Source of the DNA: Octopus sinensis
Lineage: Eukaryota
DNA: 50,694 nt
Assembly: GCF_006345805.1 (NCBI RefSeq)
Contig: NW_021826214.1
Span: 1-50,694 of the forward strand
Direction: 5' to 3'
In this document: piece after piece, positions 13,506 to 24,349 of the stretch
Position numbering within the stretch: the first letter of the stretch is position 1
Layout: every line of letters begins with the position of its first letter
The notes under the pieces: model-generated
Told to the model about the DNA's origin: nothing
The model's input: the letters and a program-made list of their open reading frames with translations, nothing else
Databases searched by the model: none
Position numbers and translations under genes: made by a program

Positions 13506-13700
13506 GCTAGATCAACACTAGACAGAAGGACGAGAAGTTGATGACGCCGTATGGGACTCTACACCCTAAAGCAAGCGTAAACAGACTTTGTATGAAAAGG
13601 AAGAATGGTGGTTGAGGACTAATTAGTATAGACCATTGTATAAGGAGTGAAAGGAGAACGCTTGCCGAGTATTTGATAAATAGTGATGACAACCTGCAAA
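13505..13700 (+). mobile_element. R4/Dong-like non-LTR retrotransposon fragment (post-RT region)
   Basis: Translates as KLMTPYGTLHPKASVNRLCMKRKNGG*GLISIDHCIRSERRTLAEYL, matching the LHPKxxVxRLYxxRKxGGRGLISI motif of RLE-clade elements. Confidence 0.75.
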
Positions 13701-13785
13701 CACATACATGCATATATACACATGCATACACACACATATATACATACACACACATGCATACATTCATACACACATACATACATAT

Positions 13786-14073
13786 ATGGTGGCTGCCCCC
13801 TCGTTATTGAGTATGGCCATTGCACGAAGCTTAATCGATGTTGTTATCGTGCAATGCCTGTGCAAGAAGATATTTTTTTAAAGTGAGGAAAGGCTGTGCA
13901 CTGAGTCGATCCCACTCACAAAGCAACAGCAGCCATAATCCGAAAAGAAGAACAAGTGAACATCATCGGTAACCACTGAGCCGCAGGTTTCATGTCGGAG
14001 TTATCCCAGTTACCTGAGTTGCCGTCTCCTAGAAAGACGCCCTGACAAAGGCTAGGAGTCCTTCACTCCCAAT
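13786..14073 (+). mobile_element. Unnamed about 285-bp non-coding element (family F), copy 1
   Basis: Same two ends (ATGGTGGCTGCCCCC...CCTTCACTCCCAAT) as the inverted copy at 23350-23629; internal hairpin ATTGCACGA...TCGTGCAAT. Confidence 0.75.
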
Positions 14074-14340
14074 GGTTTAACAGCGCGATCGGGTATTCAG
14101 TCCGATTATTTCTATGTCCCCGCGCATGATACAGCCTTAAGACATTTATTCGATGGCCGTTGACTCTCAAGAGTTCCTCCGCCCTTTGACGGGTTTTGTT
14201 TTTCATCCCGCAGGGTGTCCAATAAACATCCTCCTCACCAAGCGAGCTTGGTGGGGTTACCGGTTTAGTCGCCGACGACCCGACCTTGCAAAAGGTAGTA
14301 CTGGGTTACATGTTACCAGTAGCACTCGAAAGTGACCTGA
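14074..14340 (+). mobile_element. Probable retroelement 3' region ending in a (CATA)n tail
   Basis: GC-richer non-coding block ending GTGACCTGA|CATACATAC...; single copy here, family not determined. Confidence 0.4.
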
Positions 14341-14358
14341 CATACATACATGAATACA

Positions 14359-14389
<31 letters not shown>

Positions 14390-14643
14390 CATACATACAT
14401 ACATACATACATGCATGCATAGGCACACACACACACACACACTCTCACTCACTGACCCACACACATGCGCACAAACAAACAAAAAGGAACGCGGTGTAAA
14501 TAACGGACAGAGTCAAGACTATTGAAAAGGTTGCAAGACGCAACGAAAATTTTAGGAAAATAAAAATAAGAAATAAGTGGAAATTTTACCAGTGAGTGTG
14601 TTAAATTATAAGGCACAGAAAATGACTCTCCCCAGACACAACA

Positions 14644-15056
14644 GTCAGTTGTTTGACCTTAACCAGTTGAGCATGTCCCTTAGTGGCTGACGATATGTGC
14701 ATCTCTGATCACGAGAAGAATAGTGGGGGAGCATCATAGCCATGTGTTGAGAGGGATTCTTTGGGTTTGAATAATTCACCTCTGGAAACATGGGTGGTTT
14801 TTTCAACATTCTAAACAACCCTTATTCAGGTACCGTTTGAGCGGGATGGGCTACTCAACCTGAAGAAAAATTTTGACTGGCCCCACCTAAAGGTCATGCG
14901 CTGTTTATCTTGAATGAGATCACCATGTCGCACACATATGGTTGTGATGCATGTGCCTGGTGTACCCTTATCAGACGTGGTAGTCATGATGGGTATATTG
15001 GGCTTCGTATATTTTACCCCAGTGTCACTTTGATGGCATGAACTGCTCTCTCACTC

Positions 15057-15057
<1 letters not shown>
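14644..15057 (+). mobile_element. Unnamed about 460-bp (TAA)n-tailed element (family E), 5'-truncated copy
   Basis: Matches the reverse complements of 17426-17886 and 42638-43103; ends CTCTCTCACTCA(ATA)n. Confidence 0.85.
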
Positions 15058-15100
<43 letters not shown>

Positions 15101-15459
15101 GTTGGCTCTGGAAAGAATTGAACTCGGGGTGTATGGAATTACTTTAAACACAGCAAATTAGGCATATATATTGGTGATACTTCGATATTGACATTTGTAT
15201 ACGATTAACAAAAGTACAAGAAAGTCTAAGGAAAATGTTAAAGAAATTAAGTGGTATCGAGGAAGGCCATTAAGCATTTCTCTGAAAATTAGGCCGCATA
15301 ATTTGTATATAAGGAGGGCGATAGCGGGGTGGCGTGGTGGTGGTGGTGGTGGTGGTTTTGAGGTGGCCGCGGTGGGAGTGGTTATGTATATTATTGAATA
15401 CCAAATTAATAAAATAGCTGCGCCGTCGCACGACCATCACCCTCGAGATCTCTATCTTC

Positions 15460-15495
<36 letters not shown>

Positions 15496-15678
15496 TAGAA
15501 AAAAGCCCCACCTTTTATCAATTCAAAAGGAACAATTAAATTACACCATCTAGAAAATGACATATAATTATATTCCCTCAAATATTATTATAATTATATA
15601 TATATACATGTATATATAATATATATATATATATACATGTATATATATAATATATATATATATAATATATATATATAT

Positions 15679-15709
<31 letters not shown>

Positions 15710-15768
15710 CATGTATATATATATATATAATATATATATATATAATATATATATACATATATCTATAC

Positions 15769-15803
<35 letters not shown>

Positions 15804-16166
15804 ACCTATATATAATATATATATATATATACATGTATATATATATATATATATACGCGCATAGAAAGAGAGAGAGAGGGCGAAAGGAATAATTAGTTGC
15901 TTATATGAATTATATACAATATACATGTTTATATATGTTTATATATGCGCATGTGCACACACACATACACACACGCGCACATACATATCCAGACTCGAGC
16001 ATATGCATACATAAGAACACACATATGTAGTGAGTCTCTGCAAATGCGTGAGTGTGTGTGTGTATGTGTGTGTGTGTGTATGTGTGTGTGTGTGTAATGA
16101 AGGGCGTATCCTTTAACGTAGTTGTTTGATCTTCCGATCGAATTATGATGCCTTGATTTTCTGGTC

Positions 16167-16224
16167 TATAAAAACAAAGCCGAACCGCTTGGCATTGTGC
16201 ACTTCCGAACGCATTCTGCTCAAG
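16167..16224 (+). promoter_or_regulatory. Candidate TATA promoter and short non-coding first exon of the EF-hand gene
   Basis: TATAAAA at 16167-16173 and Inr-like GCATTG/GCACTT 27-34 nt downstream. A consensus donor AAG|GTAAGA at 16225 could pair with the orphan acceptor at 19993. Confidence 0.5.
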
Positions 16225-16451
16225 GTAAGACGTTCTTTTACATTCTAGTTATTGCCCAGAGCTAATCATTGCTTCATCAGTTTTTGAATGCTTGTATATT
16301 TTTGGTAAATTCTATACACAGAGAAATGCAGCACGTTTATAAATGAACAGCACGCTCAGCGGTGTCGCCAACCCGAAATTTTCCTCAAGGAAAATCAAGA
16401 TTATGTTCTAAGAACAACGTTGCACTACTTTGTTTTTCAAGATATTTAGTA

Positions 16452-16840
16452 CTAGCAGTATCGCCTGGCGTTGCTCGGGTTTGTTTCGACCCTTTAGAAT
16501 TGGAATTTTTGAAAAGCAAATATTTTTGCATTAAGTAGCTTGTTATTCTCTTTAAGTGAACATTTTTCTGGTTGAAATACACCGAAAAATGGCGACACAG
16601 CAGTCAAGAAAATCGTAAAAAATAGGGATTTTCATAGGAAAAAAAAGCACCTTTTTGATGTAAATAATTTTTGGTGTTAACATGGTCCGATTTGAATTTT
16701 TTCTTCTACGGAAGGAAGAGCAAGCCTTCTTCTATTATACTCTCAATTTTGGTCAACTTGCGTCGCAAGGGATAGTGTTAGTTGAAGGCTACCAAACCTG
16801 CCATACACTGAAGACAACTTCAGCTTTATATAGAGAGAGA
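16452..16840 (-). mobile_element. Non-autonomous Helitron, copy 1
   Basis: On the minus strand: 5' A|TCTCTCTCTATATAAA; 3' GC-rich hairpin then ...GATACTGCTAG|T. A/T target, no TSD. Termini shared with 46725-47106. Confidence 0.78.
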
Positions 16841-16985
16841 TAACATCTTGGTATTCTTCTCCAAGAATGCCAGGTTAGTATTCTAAGACCAATGCTGTAG
16901 TTTCGAAGAGTAAAATCTCTCGACATGTCATAACAACCAAGACAAGGTTACTAGTTCGATTCTACCATTTTTTTATATTTCATAT

Positions 16986-17200
16986 CTTATCTGTTTCAGT
17001 CATTAGGCTGTGGCCATGCTGGGGCACCGTCTTGAGGAAATTTTAGTCGAACGAATTGACCCCAGCAGGTTTTTTTTATTTTAAAAAAAAGCTTGGTAGT
17101 TATTGTATAAGGCCCTTTTGCAGAACCGTTAAGTTACGTGGCACGCGGAAACAAACCAACACCGGTTGTCAAACGGTGGGGGGGGGGAAACACAGACAGA
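16986..17200 (-). mobile_element. SINE family B 3' half
   Basis: Reverse complement of the family B tail (CCAGCATGGCCACAGCCTAATGACTGAAACA). Confidence 0.8.
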
Positions 17201-17245
17201 ATGACATGCACACACATATGTATATATGTTTGTACGTGTGTGTGT

Positions 17246-17283
<38 letters not shown>

Positions 17284-17425
17284 TAATAATATGATTTATA
17301 TCGAACTTGTGGAAGACACACGAGGTATCGAAATATTGTTGATTCGATAACAGTCGCACTCTTCTTCTTCCTTTGCCTTCGAGAGGAGTAACGTCAATCC
17401 TCTAAATATTATTATTATTATTATT

Positions 17426-17883
17426 GAGTGAGAGAGCAGTTCATGCCATCAAAGTGACACTGGGGTAAAATATACGAAGCCCAATATACCCATCATGACT
17501 ACCCGTCTGATAAAGGTACACCAGGCACATGCATCACAACCATATGTGCGCGACATGGTGATCTCATATCAAGATAAACAGCACATGACCTTGCAGGTGG
17601 GGCCTAGTTAGAATTTTCTTCAGGTTGAGTAGCCCATCCCACTCAACGGTCCCTGATAAGGGTTGTTTAAGGATGTTGAAAGAACCACCCATGTTTCCAG
17701 AGGTGAACTATTCAAACCCCAAAGAATCCCTCTCAACACATGGCTATGATGCTCCCCCACTACTTCTGCTCGTGATCAAGATGCACATATCGTCAGCCAC
17801 TAAGGGACAATGCTCAACTGGTTAAGGTCAACAACTGACAAGCAAATCTGTGGTATTGAGCAGAATATTTGCTGTAGCCCATC

Positions 17884-17886
<3 letters not shown>
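17426..17886 (-). mobile_element. Family E element, apparently full length, flanked by (TTA)n on both sides
   Basis: Same 5' boundary (AAAGATGGGCTACAGC on minus) as the 42638-43103 copy. Confidence 0.85.
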
Positions 17887-17929
<43 letters not shown>

Positions 17930-17945
17930 GTTATTATTATTATTA

Positions 17946-18411
17946 TTCAGTAGTTTTTATTTTATAGCGTGCTTTCACTTCACTACCGAGCGCAGCTCTG
18001 TGTGCCTTAGTATGTGCTGTGATTTGTTGTGATGCTCTGATGGTTATTGTATGAAAGTGTCTGCGTAGGATGTGTGCGTACCTAGTAGTGCAAAGTGCAA
18101 TTTCTGTATGTTTTATATATGTTTTGTAAGTCCCTGGTGTTTTGTTATGTATTTGTCTGAATATTTTTTTATCATGCCTAATGCACCTATTATGATAGGA
18201 ATTGTTTTCGTTTTTTAGATTCCACTTCTGGTTACCTCTATTTCCAGGTCTTTGTATTTTGAAAGTTTCTCCATTTCTTTTAGAGACACGTTGTCATCTG
18301 CCGGTATTGATACATCAATTAGAAAGCATTTTTTTTCTTCATGATCCCTGACAACTATATCTGGTCTGTTGGCCTTAATTTCTCTATCTGTGTGTATCGG
18401 CATATCCCATA
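17946..18411 (-). mobile_element. 5'-truncated R4/Dong-like retrotransposon (RLE domain and 3'UTR) embedded in (TAA)n
   Basis: WDMPIHTDREIKANRPDIVVRDHEEKKCFLIDVSIP...EKLSKYKDL is a PD-x-D/KY restriction-like endonuclease signature; (TAA)n on both flanks. Confidence 0.88.
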
Positions 18412-18428
18412 TTATTATTATTATTATA

Positions 18429-18490
<62 letters not shown>

Positions 18491-18499
18491 CATTATTAA

Positions 18500-18667
18500 G
18501 GCAGCGAGCTGGCAGAATCGTTAGCACACCGGGCGAAATGCTTAGCGGAATCTCATCTGACGCCACATTCCGAGTTCAAATTCCACCGATGTCGACTTTG
18601 CCTTTCATCCTTTCGAGATCGATAAATTAAGTACCAGTGAAACACTGGGGTCGATGTATTCGATTAG
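18500..18667 (+). mobile_element. SINE family A, 3'-truncated
   Basis: Head, B-box and body match. Confidence 0.88.
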
Positions 18668-18711
<44 letters not shown>

Positions 18712-18759
18712 GCCTACCAGGTCAAAAGTCATTGATCGCCTTCTTCCTCTTCTTCCTAA

Positions 18760-19462
18760 AACCATCAAAGTACTCTTCTTCAGTGTCCGAACTGAACAAC
18801 CCTCAGGATCTCGTCACTCACTTCAGCCTCTTCGGTGTCGCTCTCACTTGAGCACACCCGGTCCTCTTCATCACGCAGCAGTCCAGCTTTTCGAAACCCG
18901 TTGGTGATGCTGGGTGTTTTGACCCGGCTCCACGCATTTAGGATCCACTGGCAGACTTGAGTGAAAGATGCTCTTCTCATGCGGCCTGTTTTGGTGAAAG
19001 ATTTCTCGCCGCTCGTCATCCATTCCTCCCACTCACGGCGCAGTGCCACTTTAAATGCCCTGTTCATGCTGATGTCCAGTGGCTCCGAATACTTAGTCGT
19101 GCCCCCAGGAATCACAGCTGGAATTGAGTTTGTACTCTTGATGGCAGCTTTCACTGAATCGGTTATATGGACCTTCAAGCCGTCCATAACGAGCAATGCT
19201 TTTTTCGTGTGAAAAAATCCCCCCAGGTCGCTTCGCGTAGCCCTCTCTGAGCCAATCCTTCATTAGGCTCTCCATCATCCAACCTTTCTTATTGACTTTC
19301 ACCGCGATTTCTTTTGGGAACTTTCCCTTTGGCATTGTCAGCCGCTTAAAAATCCCCATCGGTAGGAGCTTTAGTCCGGATGCTGTGCAGCTCAGAACAA
19401 AGGCAAAATACGTTCTCTCATGGCCACTTGTTTTCAGTGTGAGGGACGAGTCACCTTTTATA
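18760..19462 (-). mobile_element. pogo-type (POGK/Passer-like) DDE transposase fragment, frameshifted
   Basis: KGDSSLTLKTSGHERTYF..VLSCTASGLKLLPMGIFKR..KGWM..RPGG, then LLVMDGLKVHITDSVK..IPGGTTKYSEPLDISMNRAFK..GFRKAG in a second frame. No TIR visible. Confidence 0.87.
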
Positions 19463-19484
19463 TACAAAACAGTCCGAGTGAGAG

Positions 19485-19780
19485 GGGGGGACAAATACAC
19501 ATACACACATGCATAAATATGATGGGCTTCTTTCAGTTTCCTTCTACCAAACCCACATACAAAGGTTTGGTCAAGTCGAGGCTATACTAGAAAACACTTT
19601 CCCAAGGTGCCGTGCAGTAGGATCGAACTTCGAACCATATGGTTGAGAAATAGGCTTCTTACAGCCAAATCTATTGATCAATATTTACTTTTTTAAAGCC
19701 TATTACTTCTTAATCGGATATTTTGACCGAACCGCTAAGTTAGGGGAAAATAAACAAACCAACGCTGGCTGTGAAGCCGG
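19485..19780 (-). mobile_element. Degenerate SINE family B fragments
   Basis: Reverse complement of the family B head/core and part of the 3' body. Confidence 0.7.
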
Positions 19781-20033
19781 GTACAATCGTAAACGAAGGG
19801 CACATACTCAGTGATATATCCATATAATAAGCCAATATTCATACGCTATTGTTTATAGCTTTATCTACTTCGAGTTCTACGATAAAGAAAAGGCTATTAT
19901 TTCGCGTTCACCCGAAGTTTCTATAGACTTATGTCGCAAATAATAGTTTGCATTTATTTGTGTATCGTATTTGCTTTGTTTCTTTTTCTGTAGATTTTTC
20001 AACTTTCAAGGAGAAATAATTAAGACTGTGAAA

Positions 20034-20138
20034 ATGTCTAAGATTATCTTGGTTACTGTCCTAGTCGCCTGCTTGGCAATGATGGTGTCCGCAGGCCCAG
20101 TGAAGAAGGAGACGCGTGCTGTAAAATTTATGAAGCAG
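20034..20138 (+). CDS. Secreted two-EF-hand Ca2+-binding protein, coding exon 1 (signal peptide; MSKIILVTVLVACLAMMVSAGPVKKETRAVKFMKQ)
   Basis: ATG at 20034 in an AAAATG context. Short basic N-region, hydrophobic core and V-S-A|G-P signal-peptidase-like site. Donor CAG|GTATGT at 20139 (phase 0). An upstream acceptor TTTCTTTTTCTGTAG ends at 19993, implying a 5'UTR intron. Confidence 0.9.
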
Positions 20139-20295
20139 GTATGTGTAATTCTTGTCTCAAATCTACTTCAACACCACCACACCACCACCACTTATAAACA
20201 CCTTCCACGCTGCAATTGTCTTCGTTCCAGATCACGATCTCAGATCAGGTCACTTGCTATGCAAGTACATCTCAGTTATTTTGTCTTTGTTGCAG

Positions 20296-20491
20296 TTACG
20301 CGATTCTGGCCAAACCCAGGAGGAAATTAATACAGTATACTCAGTGTTTGACGGGGACGGAGACGGGCTACTTGACCAAGCAGAACTCACGCAATTCCTT
20401 AGTATAATAGATTCTGAAAATGCTGAGGGTATGGTTGGTTTGGTCCTCCTGTTCGGCGATAAAGACGCGGATCAGAAAATCAGCAAAACTG
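20296..20491 (+). CDS. Secreted two-EF-hand protein, coding exon 2 (LRDSGQTQEEINTVYSVFDGDGDGLLDQAELTQFLSIIDSENAEGMVGLVLLFGDKDADQKISKT)
   Basis: Acceptor TTTGTCTTTGTTGCAG ends at 20295 (157-nt intron, phase 0, frame preserved). Canonical EF loop DGDGDGLLDQAE and a second loop DKDADQKISKT[E]. Donor CTG|GTATGT at 20492 (phase 1). Confidence 0.92.
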
Positions 20492-20526
20492 GTATGTAAC
20501 TAGAATTCCTTATATAAATATTATGT

Positions 20527-20913
20527 GGAGGCGCAATGGCCCAGTGGTTAGGGCAGCGGACTCGCGGTCATAATATCGCGGTTTCGATTCCCAGACCAGG
20601 TGTTGTGAGTGTTTATTGAGCGAAAATACCTAAAAGCTCCACGAAGCTCCGGCAGGGGATGGTGGTGATCCCTGCTGTACTCTTTCACCACAACTTTCTC
20701 TCACTCTTACTTCCTGTTTCTGTTGTACCTGTATTTCAAAGGGCCGGCCTTGTCACTCTCTGTGTCACGCTGAATATCCCCGAGAACTACGTTAAGGGTG
20801 CACGTGTCTGTGGAGTGCTCAGCCACTTACACGTTAATTTCACGAACAGGCTGTTCCGTTGATTCGGATCAACCGGAACCCTCGTCGTCGTAACCGACGG
20901 AGTGCTTCCATTC
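20527..20913 (+). mobile_element. tRNA-derived SINE family C, full length (intron 2)
   Basis: A-box TGGCCCAGTGG and B-box-like GTTTCGATTCC; 3' end GGAACCCTCGTCGTCGTAACCGACGGAGTG also seen in degenerate form at about 2395-2445. Confidence 0.85.
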
Positions 20914-20963
20914 CATATAAATATTAATATGTATATGTGTGTGTATACATACATACATACAAT

Positions 20964-21378
20964 AGGCGCAGGAGTGGCTGTGTGGTAAGTAGCTTGCTTA
21001 CCAACCACATGGTCCCGGGTTCAGTCCCACTGTGTGACACCTTGGGCAAGTGTCTTCTGCTATAGCCCCGGGCCGACCAATGCCTTGTGAGTGGATTTGG
21101 TAGACGGAAACTGAAAGAAGCCTGTCGTATATATGTATATATATATATATGTGTGGTTTTCTGTGTCTGTGTTTGTGTGTCTGTGTTTGTCCCCCTAGCA
21201 TTGCTTGACAACCGATGCTGGTGTGTTTATGTCCCGTCACTTAGTGGTTCGGCAAAAGAGACCGATAGAATAGGTACTGGGCTTACAAAGAATAAGTCCC
21301 GGGGTCGATTTGCTTGACTAAAAGGTGGTGCTCCAGCATGGCCGCAGTCAAATGACTGAAACAAGTAAAAGAGTAAAA
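20964..21378 (+). mobile_element. tRNA-derived SINE family B (CORE-like centre), full length
   Basis: Head AGGCGCAGGAGTGGCTGTGTGG, B-box GGTTCAGTCCC, CORE-like GTGACACCTTGGGCAAG, internal TA/TG tract, tail GACTGAAACAAGTAAAAGAG. Confidence 0.92.
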
Positions 21379-21611
21379 GGCGGCGAAAGCTGGCAGAAAC
21401 GTTAGCGCGCCGAGCGAAATGCTTAGTGGTATTCCGTCTGTCGTTACGTTCTGAGTTCGAATTCCGCCGAGGTCGACTTTGCCATTTCATCCTTTCGGGG
21501 TCGATTAAATAAGTACCAGTTACGCACTGGGGTCGATGTAATCGACTTAATACCTATGTCTGTCCTTGTTTGTCCCTTCTATGTTTAGCCCCTTGTGGGC
21601 AGTAAAGAAAT
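21379..21611 (+). mobile_element. SINE family A full length, directly after the family B tail
   Basis: Complete match. Confidence 0.92.
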
Positions 21612-21735
21612 ATATACACACAAACACTATGTACTCATATATGCATATGTATATATGGACACACACATATATCTACACACACACACACATATGAACATGT
21701 ATGTGCATACATATATATAAATAAAAATATGTGTA

Positions 21736-21767
<32 letters not shown>

Positions 21768-21783
21768 TATGCATGTGTGTGTA

Positions 21784-21843
<60 letters not shown>

Positions 21844-21975
21844 GGCGCGTGTGTATGTGTATTTCTGGTCTGCTTTGAACAAAAGGAGAACAACAGAGAA
21901 TCGCTATTGAAATGGAAGGTAGACAACTCTGACACAGTTTAACGTTTCTTCACCACAAGGGAGATCACTACGTTG

Positions 21976-22006
<31 letters not shown>

Positions 22007-22013
22007 TATTATG

Positions 22014-22129
22014 TAGAAGGAGCTTCTACAGGACTAGAACTGTTTCATTCAAAAGAAATCATCAGGAAGCCAGGCTTCCTGATGATTTCTTTGAATGAAA
22101 CAGTTCTAGTCCTGTAGAAGCTCCTTCTA
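22014..22129. ncRNA. Fold-back palindrome carrying a minimal type I hammerhead ribozyme motif on each strand
   Basis: 58/57-bp arms around A22072. Right arm reads GCTTC-CTGATGA-TTTCTTTGAAT-GAAA-CAG-TTCTAGTC-CT-GTA-GAAGC. Confidence 0.7.
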
Positions 22130-22203
22130 TAAAATAAATTAATTTACTCTGCTATGTATTGAGTACCTTATTTACTGTGGTTAACCCGACTCAACCCGGG
22201 ACC

Positions 22204-22241
<38 letters not shown>

Positions 22242-22319
22242 CTTACTTGGAGTAAACGAAACGACGCGAGGGCGCTCAGTCATACAATAGTGTATATGTG
22301 TGTGTGTGTGTGTGTGTGT

Positions 22320-22685
22320 ATTAGTGTGTCTGCATTTGTAGACCCTAACATCGCTTGACAACCGATGCTGGTGTGTTTACGTCCCTGTAACCTAGCGGCT
22401 CGGCAAAAAGATACCGAAAGAATAAGTACTAGGCTAACAAAGAATAAGCTCTGAGGTCGATTTGCTCGACTAAAGGCTGTGCTCCAGCATGGCCACAGTC
22501 AAATGACTGAAACAAGTAAAAGAATGTATATACTGTTTTCTTTTACTTGTTTCAGCCATTTGACTGCGGCCATGCTGGAGCACCACTTCAAAGCTTTTTT
22601 AGTCGAACAAATAGACCCCAGGACTCGTCTTTTAAGCCTAGCACTTACTCTATCGGCCTCCTCTATCAAACCACTAAGACTACAT
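22320..22685. mobile_element. Two SINE family B 3' parts, tail to tail (+ 22320-22523; - 22539-22685)
   Basis: Tails are inverted with a 15-nt spacer. Confidence 0.88.
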
Positions 22686-22693
22686 AGACAGAC

Positions 22694-22784
<91 letters not shown>

Positions 22785-22789
22785 CAGAT

Positions 22790-22828
<39 letters not shown>

Positions 22829-22855
22829 CATAGACAGACAGACAGACAGACACAT

Positions 22856-22948
<93 letters not shown>
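22686..22948 (+). repeat. (GATA/GACA)n microsatellite
   Basis: Direct inspection. Confidence 0.95.
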
Positions 22949-22949
<1 letters not shown>

Positions 22950-23349
22950 AATCAGTCTCGGTTGGGGAATGGTAGAACACTTACAATCTCAGACAAGTTA
23001 CCTTGCAGTATTTGGCCCGGTTTTTTTACCTTTTGGCAGCAACAGCAGCAGAAATGCTGGCGCCAAACAATCCGTGGCGTAGAGAGAAAAAAATGGTTTG
23101 ACTTCTTTTAGAAGTTAGAAAAATCTTACCCATATTTCTATGTGCTTGGCCGATAGCGGTCGTTAGTTCTCCTCTTTCACTATAAGTATGTATGTATGTA
23201 TCGTATGTATGTATGTATGTATGTATGTATGTATGTATGTATCGTATGTATGTATGTATGTATGTATGTATGTATGTATGTATGTATGTATGTATGTATG
23301 TATGTATGTGTGTATGTGTGTATGTATGTATGTATGTATGTATGTATGT

Positions 23350-23629
23350 ATTGGGAGTGAAGGACTCCTAGTCTTTGTCAGGGCATCCTTCTAGGAGAAG
23401 GTAACTCAGGTAACTGGGATAACTCCGACATGAAACCTGCGGCTCAGTGGTTACCGATGATGTTGACTTGTTCTTCTTTTCGGATTATGGCTGCTGTTGC
23501 TTAGTGACTGGGATTCACTCAGTGCACAGCCTTTCCTCACTTTATCTTCTTGCACAGGCATTGCACGATAACAACATCGATTAAGCTTCGTGCAATGGCC
23601 ATACTCGACAACGAGGGGGCAGCCACCAT
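23350..23629 (-). mobile_element. Family F element, copy 2, embedded in (TATG)n on both sides
   Basis: Inverted match to 13786-14073 with identical boundaries. Confidence 0.78.
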
Positions 23630-23721
23630 GTATGTATGTATGTATGTATGTATGCATGCATGCATGCATGCATGTATGTATGTATGTATGTATGTATGTA
23701 TGCTTCTATGTATGTAGTATG

Positions 23722-23755
<34 letters not shown>

Positions 23756-24006
23756 TGTATGCATGTATGTATGCATATATATATATATATAATATATATA
23801 TTATATATATATATATATATACATATATATATACATATATATATGTATGCTTGTATGCTTGTATGTATGTATGCATGTATGTATAGATATATATATATAT
23901 ATATATATATGTGTGTATATATACATATATATAATATATATATATGTATGTATATGTATGTATGTATGTATGTATGCATGTATGTATGTATGTATGTATA
24001 CATATA

Positions 24007-24059
<53 letters not shown>

Positions 24060-24349
24060 TATATATACATATATATATGTATGTATGTATGTATATGTAT
24101 GTTTGTATGTATGTATGTATGTATTTGTATTTATAACTTAACCTTATGAACTCTCTAAGCTCTCTGACGAAGCCCTGAGACATACCCATGTACCTAAATC
24201 TTATCTGCCAAATACTTCAGTTCACTGAAGGGATAGAAGTATAATCGGGTACTATGGCCCTTAGAGAGAAACAGCTGTAAGATATTATCCTACTTCCTGT
24301 TATCTACGATAAATATTTTAATAATTACTGGTATTTTTTATATATTATA

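Noticed and set aside
19971-20499. ORFs 19971-20330 and 20152-20499 as complete proteins
   Set aside because: Each reads through intron 1; the real CDS uses only 20034-20138 and 20296-20491.
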